Shown: one piece after another, positions 49,149-58,556 of the stretch | Layout of the letters: the number at the start of each line of letters is the position of its first letter | How positions within the stretch are numbered: position 1 is the stretch's first letter | Assembly (NCBI GenBank): GCA_000995965.1 | Contig: LBYD01000002.1 | Span: 270,563 to 334,562, forward strand | Source of the DNA: Candidatus Moranbacteria bacterium GW2011_GWC2_40_12 | Lineage (GTDB): Bacteria > Patescibacteriota > Minisyncoccia > Moranbacterales > UBA11712 | Reading direction: 5' to 3' | DNA length: 64,000 nucleotides | Translations under genes and position numbers: made by a program | Notes under the pieces: model-generated | Databases searched by the model: none | What the model was told of the DNA's origin: nothing | The model's input: the letters and a program-made list of their open reading frames with translations, nothing else

Positions 49149-50357
49149 GTGCCGACCTATATCTTCGTGGCGAAAAATTCAAAGGGCGAGATAAAGAGCG
49201 GGGAGATGGAGGGAAAAGACGAGCATCAAGTCGCTGAAAACCTCCGGGGAGAAGGATTTTTTTTGACGGCCATTCATGGAAAAGAAAAGGAAAAAGAATC
49301 AAAATTCAAAATGCCTTCTTTCGGCGGCGTGTCTCTCAAAGACAAAATGATGTTTGCGAGGCATTTGGGAGTTATGCTTTCTTCCGGTCTTTCACTTCCC
49401 AAAGCTCTCACGGTGATATCCAGCCAAACCAAAAACAAGAAATTCAAGACTGTTCTTGAAGAATTGGGAGAGGAAGTAAAAATGGGGAACAGCCTCGCGG
49501 ACAGCCTCGCGAAACATCCGGTTTTTGACGAACTTTCGGTGAATATGATCCGAGTCGGCGAGGTGGGTGGCAATCTGGAAGAAGTATTGAAACTCTTGGC
49601 CGATCAGCTGGAAAAAGAGCATAATCTTTTGAGCCGGGTAAAGGGAGCGATGTATTATCCGTCAGTGATTCTACTGGTGATGCTTGGAGTCGGAATTGCC
49701 ATGATGACCTTCGTTGTTCCGAAACTCACCACAATTTTTGAGGACATTCAAACTCCGCTTCCCCTGACGACGCGCATCATCATCTCCGTCAGTGATTATA
49801 TGGCCTCCCATCAAATAATTGTCGGGCTGGCTCTTGTCGGAACAGTGGCAGTGCTGATTGTATTTTTCAAATCATCTTTTGGGAAGAAAACGGCCAGCAC
49901 TATATTCGCGAAAGCGCCTGTGATCAAAAAAATGATGATCAAGATCAACAACGCCCGTTTCGCGAGAATCTACAGTTCGCTCACAAAAAGCGGCGTGTCC
50001 GTGGTAGAATCTCTGAAAATTATTTCCCGGACACTGACGAATGATTATTATCAAAAAGCCTTTCTTGAAATTGGTGAAGGGGTCCAGAAAGGAAAGACGC
50101 TCCATGAAGAACTTTCAAAATTTCCCAAACTTTTCCCTATTCTCACAATCCAGATGGTGGAAGTGGGCGAGGAAACCGGAAAAACCGCTGATGTCTTGAC
50201 GAATCTTGCCGATTTTTATGAAGAAGAGATAAACCAGATTACGAAGAACTTATCTTCAATCATCGAACCGGTTCTCATGGTAATGATTGGCGTGGCGGTT
50301 GGTTTTTTCGCCATCTCTATGATCTTGCCTATGTATTCGATCATGGACCAAATGTAG
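49149..50357 (+). CDS. pilC: Type IV pilus platform protein (PilC/GspF)
   Basis: MIRVGEVGGNL, KGAMYYP, MVEVGEETG, IIEP. Confidence 0.93.
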   Translation: MPTYIFVAKNSKGEIKSGEMEGKDEHQVAENLRGEGFFLTAIHGKEKEKESKFKMPSFGGVSLKDKMMFARHLGVMLSSGLSLPKALTVISSQTKNKKFKTVLEELGEEVKMGNSLADSLAKHPVFDELSVNMIRVGEVGGNLEEVLKLLADQLEKEHNLLSRVKGAMYYPSVILLVMLGVGIAMMTFVVPKLTTIFEDIQTPLPLTTRIIISVSDYMASHQIIVGLALVGTVAVLIVFFKSSFGKKTASTIFAKAPVIKKMMIKINNARFARIYSSLTKSGVSVVESLKIISRTLTNDYYQKAFLEIGEGVQKGKTLHEELSKFPKLFPILTIQMVEVGEETGKTADVLTNLADFYEEEINQITKNLSSIIEPVLMVMIGVAVGFFAISMILPMYSIMDQM

Positions 50358-50392
50358 TTTATTCCGCGATATTTCCGAAACAAAAATTCAAA

Positions 50393-51784
50393 ATGCAAAA
50401 ATCAAAATTCAAAATTGAGGTACCGCATAGAGATACCAAATATGATAAAAAAGGATTTTCGATTCTTGAGGTCGTTGCCGCCACCTTTATTTTTTCGATT
50501 GTCACGATTACGATTTATGGATCTTTTTCGGCAGGAATGAAATCCCTGGCCCAATCCAAGCATCGCATAGCGGCGACTAAATTGGCCAATGAAAAAATGG
50601 AAATCATCCGCAATATGCCGTATAGCGATGTCGGAACCCAGGGAGGCGTTCCTGAAGGGTCGCTAATTCAGGAAGAAACAATTTGGAGAAGCAACCAGAA
50701 ATTTAATGTACGGACAAATGTTATATATGTTGATGACGTTCTCGACGGTGTAGCGGGAGGAACCCCCAATGACACGGTTTCAAGAGATTACAAGGAAGCG
50801 AGAATTGAAGTCACTTGGGGAGAAGTCAGCTGGGGAAAAGGAGTGGTTCTGGTTTCGCGTTTTGTTCCAGATGGAGTCGAAAGCGAGAGCGGGGGAGGCA
50901 CTTTCGTTTTGAATGTCATTGACAGCACGGGGCAAGGAATTTCAGGAGCTGATGTCCATATCGAAAATAGCGAAGTTGACCCGCAAGTCGATACCGCCAT
51001 GGAAACCGATTCAACTGGAAGCATTCTGTTGGCTGGAATGCCGGCAGGGGACCGGAATTATAAAATCAGCGTTTCCAAAGAATTCTTTGAAAATATTTCC
51101 ACTTTGCCTCCTTTTCCCGCGACGGCCTATGACCCAACGGACATCCATGGATCAGTCGAAGAAGGAGGTTTGAGCAGTAAAACAATCATTTCTGACCAGA
51201 CAGGAACAGTGGGTATCACCTCCGAAGATCTGAACAGCAATCTGGTCCCGGAAATGGATTTTCACCTGGAAGGCGGCAGGATTATCGGGACAACAAGAGA
51301 AGCACCGTCACAGCCTGTTTTCGAGTGCGATCAGGATTTTGCGACGGATGGAAGCGGTGGTCTCACTTTGGAAAATATGTCGCCAGGCAACTATACGGTG
51401 GACTTTGCTGAAAGCGGCTATACGCTAATTGGCACCGAAGCACCGCTGCTTCATTTTTCTCTCGCTCCGGCACAAAGCATCAATGTGACACTGCTTGTCG
51501 TGAGCAGCAGTATCAATTCTCTCATTGCAAGCGTCAAAAATCCGACTACTGACGAACCAATAAAGGGAGCCAGCGTGCATGTTTTCAACGGAACAGACTT
51601 TGATCAGATTCTCACTACGGGAGATTCAGGGAGAGTATATTTCCCGCCAAATTTGGATCCGCCGGTAACAATGAGTTCGAGCACATATAGCGTTGAGGTA
51701 GCTGCCGATGGTTTTGAAAATTATTTCGGATCGGTTGACGTGAATCAGCTCACGCAAACCACAATTGAACTGGTTTCGCTGTGA
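50393..51784 (+). CDS. Prepilin-type protein with carboxypeptidase-regulatory-like repeats
   Basis: KKG|FSILE class III signal; repeated beta-sandwich segments (G..ISGADV, PIKGASV). Confidence 0.85.
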   Translation: MQKSKFKIEVPHRDTKYDKKGFSILEVVAATFIFSIVTITIYGSFSAGMKSLAQSKHRIAATKLANEKMEIIRNMPYSDVGTQGGVPEGSLIQEETIWRSNQKFNVRTNVIYVDDVLDGVAGGTPNDTVSRDYKEARIEVTWGEVSWGKGVVLVSRFVPDGVESESGGGTFVLNVIDSTGQGISGADVHIENSEVDPQVDTAMETDSTGSILLAGMPAGDRNYKISVSKEFFENISTLPPFPATAYDPTDIHGSVEEGGLSSKTIISDQTGTVGITSEDLNSNLVPEMDFHLEGGRIIGTTREAPSQPVFECDQDFATDGSGGLTLENMSPGNYTVDFAESGYTLIGTEAPLLHFSLAPAQSINVTLLVVSSSINSLIASVKNPTTDEPIKGASVHVFNGTDFDQILTTGDSGRVYFPPNLDPPVTMSSSTYSVEVAADGFENYFGSVDVNQLTQTTIELVSL

Positions 51785-51813
51785 ATTTGAAAATAAATGG
51801 TTATTTCACTAAG

Positions 51814-52434
51814 ATGAAACATAGTAAGGAAAAAGGGATGACACTTGTTGAAATGCTGATTGCGATTTTTATTTTCATGTTGTTGATGTTTGGGTCGACA
51901 TATCTTCTGGGCCAAATATATAAGCGCTACGGATTTGCCATAGAGCAAGGGCTGTCAATCCGTGCTGTGCAGCATAGTTTAGGGAGCGTACTCGAAGAGA
52001 TGAGGGGAATCAGGCAGTCTGATGCTGGGTCATATCCAATTGAGGAAGCCAATGCTTTCAGCTTCGCAGCCTTTTCCGATGCCGACAATGACGGAGTGAC
52101 GGAAAAAGTCCATTATTTTTTTGAAAATGGAGAAATAAAAAAAGGAGTTTCCGAACCCAGCGGAACTCCTCCTGCATATCCAGTCGGTGATGAATTGGTC
52201 TCCACCATTTCTGAAAATGTGGTCAACACCGCGGAACAGCCACTATTTTATTATTTTAATTCGGATTACCCGATAGATCTCGTGAATAATCCACTCGCGG
52301 TTCCCGTTTCTCCGGTCAGCGATATAAGATTGGTTAAAATCGACATATATTACAACCTTGATCCACTGCGCGCACCTGATAACATTCGACTAGAATCATT
52401 CGTGGAGCTTAGAAATTTAAAAGATAACTGGTGA
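51814..52434 (+). CDS. Minor prepilin (PilW-like)
   Basis: EKG|MTLVEMLIA; C-terminal ELRN. Confidence 0.85.
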   Translation: MKHSKEKGMTLVEMLIAIFIFMLLMFGSTYLLGQIYKRYGFAIEQGLSIRAVQHSLGSVLEEMRGIRQSDAGSYPIEEANAFSFAAFSDADNDGVTEKVHYFFENGEIKKGVSEPSGTPPAYPVGDELVSTISENVVNTAEQPLFYYFNSDYPIDLVNNPLAVPVSPVSDIRLVKIDIYYNLDPLRAPDNIRLESFVELRNLKDNW

Positions 52435-53981
52435 ACATGAAAAGCCGAAAATATCTGCCAAAGGCGGAAACAATCAAAAATAAAAAGTATAGACGCAAGG
52501 GCTCTGTTCTTATTTTCATTGTCGTTATTTCCGCTGTCGGAGCCACAGTACTCCTGGGGCTGGTCACTTTTGTGGCGTCCCAGGATAAAAATAGCAGAAG
52601 AGAGAGCGCCAAAGAGCAGTCATTTGGAGTGGCAGAAGAGGGAATATACTGGTACCGATGGTATTTGGCTCATATGATCGAAGGGAAAACAGCTCGAGAA
52701 GTGGACGAGTTTTGGACAAGCGGCAATCCGATCGGCGTGACAATTCCTTATGAAGTTGAAGTACGCGATCCTTCCGGCGGAGCACTTGGAAAATACAAGC
52801 TTGAAATCACGCCCCCGCCAACCGGATCCTCCATCATCATCGCGAAATCAACCGGTTGGACTTATAAGCAACCAAATGTCAAAAGAGTGATCCAGGTCCG
52901 CTTCAGAAAACCGGCTTGGTGCGAATATGTGGTTTTAGGAAACAGCGATATTCGTTTTGGGGCGGGAACAGAAGTATACGGGATGATTCACTCGAATGGC
53001 GGCGTGCAGTTTGACGGCGTAGCTCACCATCTGGTGACGGCTCTTCCGGAAGAATATTGGAGCAACGATAACGATGTGAAAGGTTGGCACGACGGAGTTT
53101 GGACAAATAATCCTCCCGAATCGGAAAGATTTCTGGCGGGGAGACAATTTCCTGTTGCGGAAAAAAGCTTCAATTCGGTGATAGCTAACCTGAATTTAGC
53201 CAAAGATTATTCTCAACCAGGAGAAGGCGGCCTTTATCTTGGCCAGGACAAGGTTGATCAAGAATATTGCGATTGGGTGAGAGTGGGGAACAGAAGAGTC
53301 TGGACTTGCTGGACGGAAAACAAAAAAGTGAGAGGTTATCACATTGTCTTCAATCCTGTTTCCGGAGAAGGAAACGACACGATGTCAATTTCAATGGTGG
53401 TTGACTATGGATCCAACAGTTATAAAATAGAAGAAGAAACGCCAGCCGTAATATATAATATTCCCGAAAACGGGCTCATTTTTGTCGAGAACAATACTTG
53501 GGTAGAAGGACAAATTGACAATGAGCATCTCACTGTTGTGGCGGCGGATTTGACAGAAGCAGAAGGGGAGCCGGAACCACCCGGCCATGACAAGGATATT
53601 TATATTAATAACGATATCCTGTACACTAACAAAGACGGCCGGGACATTTTAGGGCTTTTAGCGCAAGATAACGTCACAGTCGGCCTCTATAGCGACGATA
53701 ATCTTGAAATAGACGCCGCGGTTTTAGCGCGGCGCGGACGGGTAGGAAGGGATTATTACAACGATCACGAGCCAGCCTATTATAAGCGAGACACGATTAC
53801 CATATTTGGCGCGATCGTGACCAACGGCCGCTATGGTTTTTCCTGGCTTGATATTGCCGGGAATTGGGTTTCCGGCTACGAAACCCGCAACATCGTATTT
53901 GACAACAATCTTCTCTATTATCCGCCACCCTTTTTTCCGACCGGTGACAAATACCAAATTGATCTGTGGGAAGAATTGTGA
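52431..53981 (+). CDS. PilX-like minor pilin
   Basis: RKG|SVL signal without Glu5, AEEGI motif, C-terminal PPPFFP...WEE. Confidence 0.8.
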   Translation: MNMKSRKYLPKAETIKNKKYRRKGSVLIFIVVISAVGATVLLGLVTFVASQDKNSRRESAKEQSFGVAEEGIYWYRWYLAHMIEGKTAREVDEFWTSGNPIGVTIPYEVEVRDPSGGALGKYKLEITPPPTGSSIIIAKSTGWTYKQPNVKRVIQVRFRKPAWCEYVVLGNSDIRFGAGTEVYGMIHSNGGVQFDGVAHHLVTALPEEYWSNDNDVKGWHDGVWTNNPPESERFLAGRQFPVAEKSFNSVIANLNLAKDYSQPGEGGLYLGQDKVDQEYCDWVRVGNRRVWTCWTENKKVRGYHIVFNPVSGEGNDTMSISMVVDYGSNSYKIEEETPAVIYNIPENGLIFVENNTWVEGQIDNEHLTVVAADLTEAEGEPEPPGHDKDIYINNDILYTNKDGRDILGLLAQDNVTVGLYSDDNLEIDAAVLARRGRVGRDYYNDHEPAYYKRDTITIFGAIVTNGRYGFSWLDIAGNWVSGYETRNIVFDNNLLYYPPPFFPTGDKYQIDLWEEL

Positions 53982-54032
53982 GATCTCTTCAAATTGCGAT
54001 TCTCTTATGAATATTCGAATAAATAGAATAAT

Positions 54033-55112
54033 ATGAGTTTGTTTATCTATAACTTATTGGGGAAAAAGCCGAAGGGGTTCGGGCTCGAAATCGAAGACCG
54101 ATCGCTCAAGGCTTTTATGTTTGAAAAAAGAAGAAGAGGAACATGCCGGATCTTGTCCTGCGGAATGAAAAATCTCAAGAAAGGAATCATACAAGGCGGC
54201 CAAGTTATTGATGCCGAAGTCCTTGCCTTTGAAATCAAAGAACTGTTGAAATCGACCAAACCCTATCCGATAAGAAGCTATTCGGTTGTTTTTTCTGTTC
54301 CGGAAAACAAGGCATTTATCAGAACAATCACGATACCAAAAATGGAAAGAGATGAAGCCGGAGAGGCCATCAAGTGGGAAACTGAGGCCAATATTCCCAT
54401 TGCCGTGGACCGGGTTTATCTTGATTGGCAGGTGATCGAAGAGCTTGCCGATAAAAATGAAATCCTTGTTACGGCTGTTCCCAAGGAAATAATAGACAAA
54501 TATAGCGAGGCAATGAAATTGGCCGGCCTTGATATTTTGGCGGTTGAAGTGGACATCATCGCGACTGTCCGGAGTTTAACTGGGGGAAAGGATTTTTCAG
54601 AAAAGCCGGTCGCCATTGTGGATTTGGGAGAAAGCATAACGAGTCTGGCTATTTCAAAGAACCAGGTTCCTTATTTTACTTCCAGTATTCCCGTGGGAGG
54701 GATCACCTTCACAGATGCGCTTCAAAAAGGTTTGGGCGTAAGCTATGAAAAGGCGGAAGAGCTGAAGCTCAAATACGGACTTGGAAAAATGAAGGAAGAT
54801 GACATATTTTACAAAATATATAATCCGATAATCGAGAATCTTGTCGCAGAAATAGAAAAGTCAGTCAAATTTTATGAAGATTCGATCAATGCCAAAGAAA
54901 AAGTTGAAAAGATAATTCTTTCCGGGGGAGGATCGCTTTTGCACGATATTGTCGACTATCTTTCCTTGCGTGTGAAAAAAGAAGTGATTATAGGAGATGC
55001 TGTTTGGGGTCTTGGACTTCCTAAAGATTTTCCTGAAGAAATAAAAAGAAGCCTAATTCCTTTTTCCACGGCTATTGGCCTGGCTGAAAGGGCATCAAAC
55101 TGCGATGATTAA
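54033..55112 (+). CDS. pilM: Type IV pilus assembly protein PilM
   Basis: Actin-like fold: GLEI, VDLG..T, GG..FT, ILSGGGS, TAIGLA. Confidence 0.9.
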   Translation: MSLFIYNLLGKKPKGFGLEIEDRSLKAFMFEKRRRGTCRILSCGMKNLKKGIIQGGQVIDAEVLAFEIKELLKSTKPYPIRSYSVVFSVPENKAFIRTITIPKMERDEAGEAIKWETEANIPIAVDRVYLDWQVIEELADKNEILVTAVPKEIIDKYSEAMKLAGLDILAVEVDIIATVRSLTGGKDFSEKPVAIVDLGESITSLAISKNQVPYFTSSIPVGGITFTDALQKGLGVSYEKAEELKLKYGLGKMKEDDIFYKIYNPIIENLVAEIEKSVKFYEDSINAKEKVEKIILSGGGSLLHDIVDYLSLRVKKEVIIGDAVWGLGLPKDFPEEIKRSLIPFSTAIGLAERASNCDD

Positions 55113-55650
55113 GATAAACCTTCTTTCCGACCAAGAAAAAAATGAAAGGCTAGTCGACAAAAAAGTGGGAACCATTGTCCGGCTTGGCCTTTCCATTTTT
55201 TTTGCCTTGATCATCTTGGCTTCAGTGATGTTTTCCGCGCTGGTCATTCTGGAAATAAATCTCAAGTCAGTCAGAGAAGAAACAAAGACCTATTCCGTGG
55301 GATCCGTCAAGAAAATAGAAGAAACAGAGCAACTATTGAAGGATGTCGAATCGGTATCGCAAAAAATAGCAAAAAATTCGCAAAATGTCCCCTACTGGGG
55401 AAAAATCCTTGAAACCATTTCAACTATTTCTCCTGACGGAGTGAAAATAACGAATGTTCATATTGAAAAAGAACATGTGAAACTGTCAGGATTTTCCGAA
55501 ACTCGGGAAGGATTTCTGGCTTTCCAAGAAGGCCTGAAGAAAGATTATTTCACGAATTTCAGCTCTCCCATTTCGAATCTTGTTTCACCGAAAGATTTTT
55601 CTTTTATGGTGGAGTTTGATGTTGAAAAAAATTATCTTAATCGGATATAA
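55105..55650 (+). CDS. PilN-like protein
   Basis: MIKINLL motif, TM helix, P.GV.I....I; follows pilM. Confidence 0.8.
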   Translation: MIKINLLSDQEKNERLVDKKVGTIVRLGLSIFFALIILASVMFSALVILEINLKSVREETKTYSVGSVKKIEETEQLLKDVESVSQKIAKNSQNVPYWGKILETISTISPDGVKITNVHIEKEHVKLSGFSETREGFLAFQEGLKKDYFTNFSSPISNLVSPKDFSFMVEFDVEKNYLNRI

Positions 55651-55655
55651 CTTTT

Positions 55656-56378
55656 ATGCCGGCGAAAAAAGACAAGAAAATAATTGTAGCGGTTCTGGTG
55701 ACAGCTCTCACCGTTTTGATTTTGTCCTGGCTGGTGATTTATCTTTTGGGGAACAAGGTAAGACAATCTTTTGAAAACTACCAGAAAGAAAAACTCAACT
55801 CCCTGGTCCTTGAGGAAAAAAGAAATAAGATTTTGCAGCTGGAAAGGGAATTGCCCGGGCTCAAGGAGGAAAGGAACAGCTTGGATTCGATGCTTATCAA
55901 AAAAGACGCGGCTGTTTCTTTTTTGAGAGCTTTGGAAGAAGCCGCCGCGAACGCGTCCTGCCAGATAAAAGTGGAACCTGCCGATATCAGCAAAATAAAG
56001 TTTGAAAAAAAGGCTGCCGGCGCGACAAAAAAGCCAGAAACCGACGATCTGGATACAGCCCAAAAAGATGATCAGGAAAAAGTCCCCGGAGAAAAAAACA
56101 AAAAAGAAGACGAATTGGCCTCACTCAAGGATTATCCCGCTTTTTCTGTTGAAATTACGGGACGCTTTGCCTCGATAGTAGATTTTTTCGAGAAATTCGA
56201 AAATATGCCCTACTTCATCCGGCCGCTTGTCGTGGATATTTCTTCGGGTGAAAGAAATAGTTCAACAGCAGTAAGCGCGGGAGCACTCTCGGCGGGGAAT
56301 CAAATTTCCCCGGAAAATGAAAATTCGGATGAAAAAAATATCAAAATGAAAATGACCTTTGTCATCTATGGGAGCTGA
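55656..56378 (+). CDS. PilO-like protein
   Basis: TM, coiled coil, G.F..I..F....E..PY; position after pilN. Confidence 0.7.
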   Translation: MPAKKDKKIIVAVLVTALTVLILSWLVIYLLGNKVRQSFENYQKEKLNSLVLEEKRNKILQLERELPGLKEERNSLDSMLIKKDAAVSFLRALEEAAANASCQIKVEPADISKIKFEKKAAGATKKPETDDLDTAQKDDQEKVPGEKNKKEDELASLKDYPAFSVEITGRFASIVDFFEKFENMPYFIRPLVVDISSGERNSSTAVSAGALSAGNQISPENENSDEKNIKMKMTFVIYGS

Positions 56379-56688
56379 AAATAAAATAAAAAGCGAAAAA
56401 ATATCCAGAGTAAACAGGGCGTTTCAGAGAGGCTTCAGCTTTTTTTTGCGCTGGTTCTATTTATTGATAATTGTCATCGCTTCGGCGTATGCCGTGTTGA
56501 TTTGGAAAAAATATATTCTGAACGCCGAGTGGAGCGAAGAAAAGAAAAAAGCCTATATCAGCGAGCAGTCGGTTTTGCAGTTCGATGAGGAAAAATATAA
56601 AAAAGCGCTCGAGATCATGAACAGCCGGCGGGAAAAATTGAAAAACGGAAAAAAATATTTTGGCCGGGATATCTTCTTTCCTGAATAA
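56368..56688 (+). CDS. Hypothetical membrane protein ending the pilus operon
   Basis: Single TM; RDIF C-terminus. Confidence 0.65.
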   Translation: MGAENKIKSEKISRVNRAFQRGFSFFLRWFYLLIIVIASAYAVLIWKKYILNAEWSEEKKKAYISEQSVLQFDEEKYKKALEIMNSRREKLKNGKKYFGRDIFFPE

Positions 56689-56771
56689 TCATAATTACTC
56701 AACTTTCCATGAAAGATCGGATTTGGCGCATATTGACCTTTTGGGTTTTTTTTATTATGATATTATAATTT

Positions 56772-56845
56772 GCGCCCTTAGCTCAATCGGATAGAGCGTC
56801 TGGCTTCGGACCAGAAGGCTCCAGGTTCGAGTCCTGGAGGGCGCA
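56772..56845 (+). tRNA. tRNA-Arg(TCG)
   Basis: GCGCCCT/AGGGCGC acceptor, TCTGG-CT-TCG-GA-CCAGA. Confidence 0.95.
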
Positions 56846-56848
56846 CAA

Positions 56849-56877
56849 AAAAATCGAGGGTTGATCCCTTGATTTTT
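56849..56877. terminator. Bidirectional terminator
   Basis: AAAAATCGAGGG-TTGAT-CCCTTGATTTTT. Confidence 0.7.
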
Positions 56878-56899
56878 GGTTGGCATTTTTATTCGGTTC

Positions 56900-58024
56900 T
56901 CAGGAAATTGGGAGCGTAATCGTGAAAGTGGTTCCCCGGTTTTCTTCGCTTTCGAGGGTGATCGTTCCTCCGTGCTTTTCAATGATGTTTTTGGCAACAT
57001 AAAGCCCGAGGCCCGATCCGGAAGTCTCAAAGCCAATCGCGTTTTTAGAGCGATAAAATTTTGAAAATATTTTATCCATGTCTTTCTTGGGAATTCCAAT
57101 TCCCGTGTCGGATATTTTAAACTGTATGTCTTTTTCCCTTCGGAAAGATTTGAGACTGATTTTCCCTCCCGGCGGAGTGTATTTCACCGCGTTGGCAAGG
57201 ATATTGTCGAAAACAATGGACAGCCGCTCCTTGTCAAATTTGAATGAAAAAGAAGAAGAAAGAGGCATATCAATGTCCATTTTTATTTTCTTTTCTTTTA
57301 TCGTTGGATTGTGCTGATTGATTATTTCATCGATAATTGGCCCGATAGCCTGGACAGTGAAATTGAAGCCGGTTTTTCCCTCTTCGAGGCGGGCGGTATT
57401 CAAAAGATCATTAATGACGCTTATGGCGTAGTCAATCGTTTCCAATCCCTTCTCGACGATTTCCTTTTGAACGCCATTCAGCGATCCGGTATCTTTTTCA
57501 AGAAGAGTTGTATATGACCATTTTATTCCTGTTAGGGGCGTTCGGAGCTGGTGAGCAGCGACGGAGACAAATTCAGATTTCACATTGTCAACTTCCTGGA
57601 GGCTTTTATTGGCTTGGGTGAGTTCCCTCTCTCTCTCAAAAAGTTTTTTTGTGGTTTCCATGAAATCCTGGTTTGTTTTTTGCAATTTTTTGTTTATTTC
57701 TTCCAAGTCTCTTTCCCGCTGGCTGGATTTGTTGCTGGGGATGACAGTCGTATGTTTCTCCCAGCTTTTTTCCATTTCAGATTGGCGCTCCTGGATTCTT
57801 TTTGCGAATCTCCAATTCTGGAGGATTAAAAAAAAGCCCGCGAGCAGGCTCAATATTGCGGCGGCCGAAAGGGCCAGATATTTTTGTCCGAAATTCGGAG
57901 AAAAAAGAAACCAGACGAGATTGATTGAAATGAAACCCAAAAATAAAATAAAAAAATTAAACCAGCCGAATCCGGCAACGTTTGAACTGAGATTATTTTC
58001 TTCCGTTTTTATTTCCTCATTCAT
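56900..58024 (-). CDS. Sensor histidine kinase
   Basis: AAHQLRTPL, NILANAVKYT, DTGIGI, GSGLGL. Confidence 0.94.
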   Translation of the reverse strand: MNEEIKTEENNLSSNVAGFGWFNFFILFLGFISINLVWFLFSPNFGQKYLALSAAAILSLLAGFFLILQNWRFAKRIQERQSEMEKSWEKHTTVIPSNKSSQRERDLEEINKKLQKTNQDFMETTKKLFERERELTQANKSLQEVDNVKSEFVSVAAHQLRTPLTGIKWSYTTLLEKDTGSLNGVQKEIVEKGLETIDYAISVINDLLNTARLEEGKTGFNFTVQAIGPIIDEIINQHNPTIKEKKIKMDIDMPLSSSFSFKFDKERLSIVFDNILANAVKYTPPGGKISLKSFRREKDIQFKISDTGIGIPKKDMDKIFSKFYRSKNAIGFETSGSGLGLYVAKNIIEKHGGTITLESEENRGTTFTITLPIS

Positions 58025-58413
58025 TTTTTCAGGACGGATTTCACTTTTTCGACTATCTCCGCCGGAGCGGTGTTGGCTTTCACGATATAATCAATTGCTC
58101 CCGCCTGGAGTCCTCGCTCAACTTCTTCAGGCTGGCCCAAATTAGACGTGATTATCACGGGGATATCTTTATATCCAGGGTCTTTTTTGATGTTGCCAAG
58201 CAAAACAATTCCGTCCGTCCCGGGAAGGATTATATCAAGAAGAATAAGGTCAATCTTGTTCTTTTTGAGTGTTTCAAGAGCGGCCTCGGCATTTGTCGCA
58301 TTGAAAATCCCGTAGTTTTCCTGGGAGAATTTTCTCTGAAGAAGTCCGCTGATAAAGGCGTCGTCTTCGACAATAAGAATATATCCTGCTTTATTTTGAT
58401 CCTTGTTTTCCAT
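58021..58413 (-). CDS. Single-domain response regulator
   Basis: ILIVEDD, LILLDIILPG.DG, SN, VK. Confidence 0.93.
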   Translation of the reverse strand: MENKDQNKAGYILIVEDDAFISGLLQRKFSQENYGIFNATNAEAALETLKKNKIDLILLDIILPGTDGIVLLGNIKKDPGYKDIPVIITSNLGQPEEVERGLQAGAIDYIVKANTAPAEIVEKVKSVLKK

Positions 58414-58556
58414 GTTTTTTATTGAGTTTATTATTTCTGCTTATAATTCTATATTTATCCTGCGATAAGGTCAAATTTTCCCGGGAGTATGTCCTGAAAA
58501 GAAAAAGCCGCCCTCTCTTGCGGGAAGGCGGGTGGTTTGGCAAGGCAGGCCCTTTA

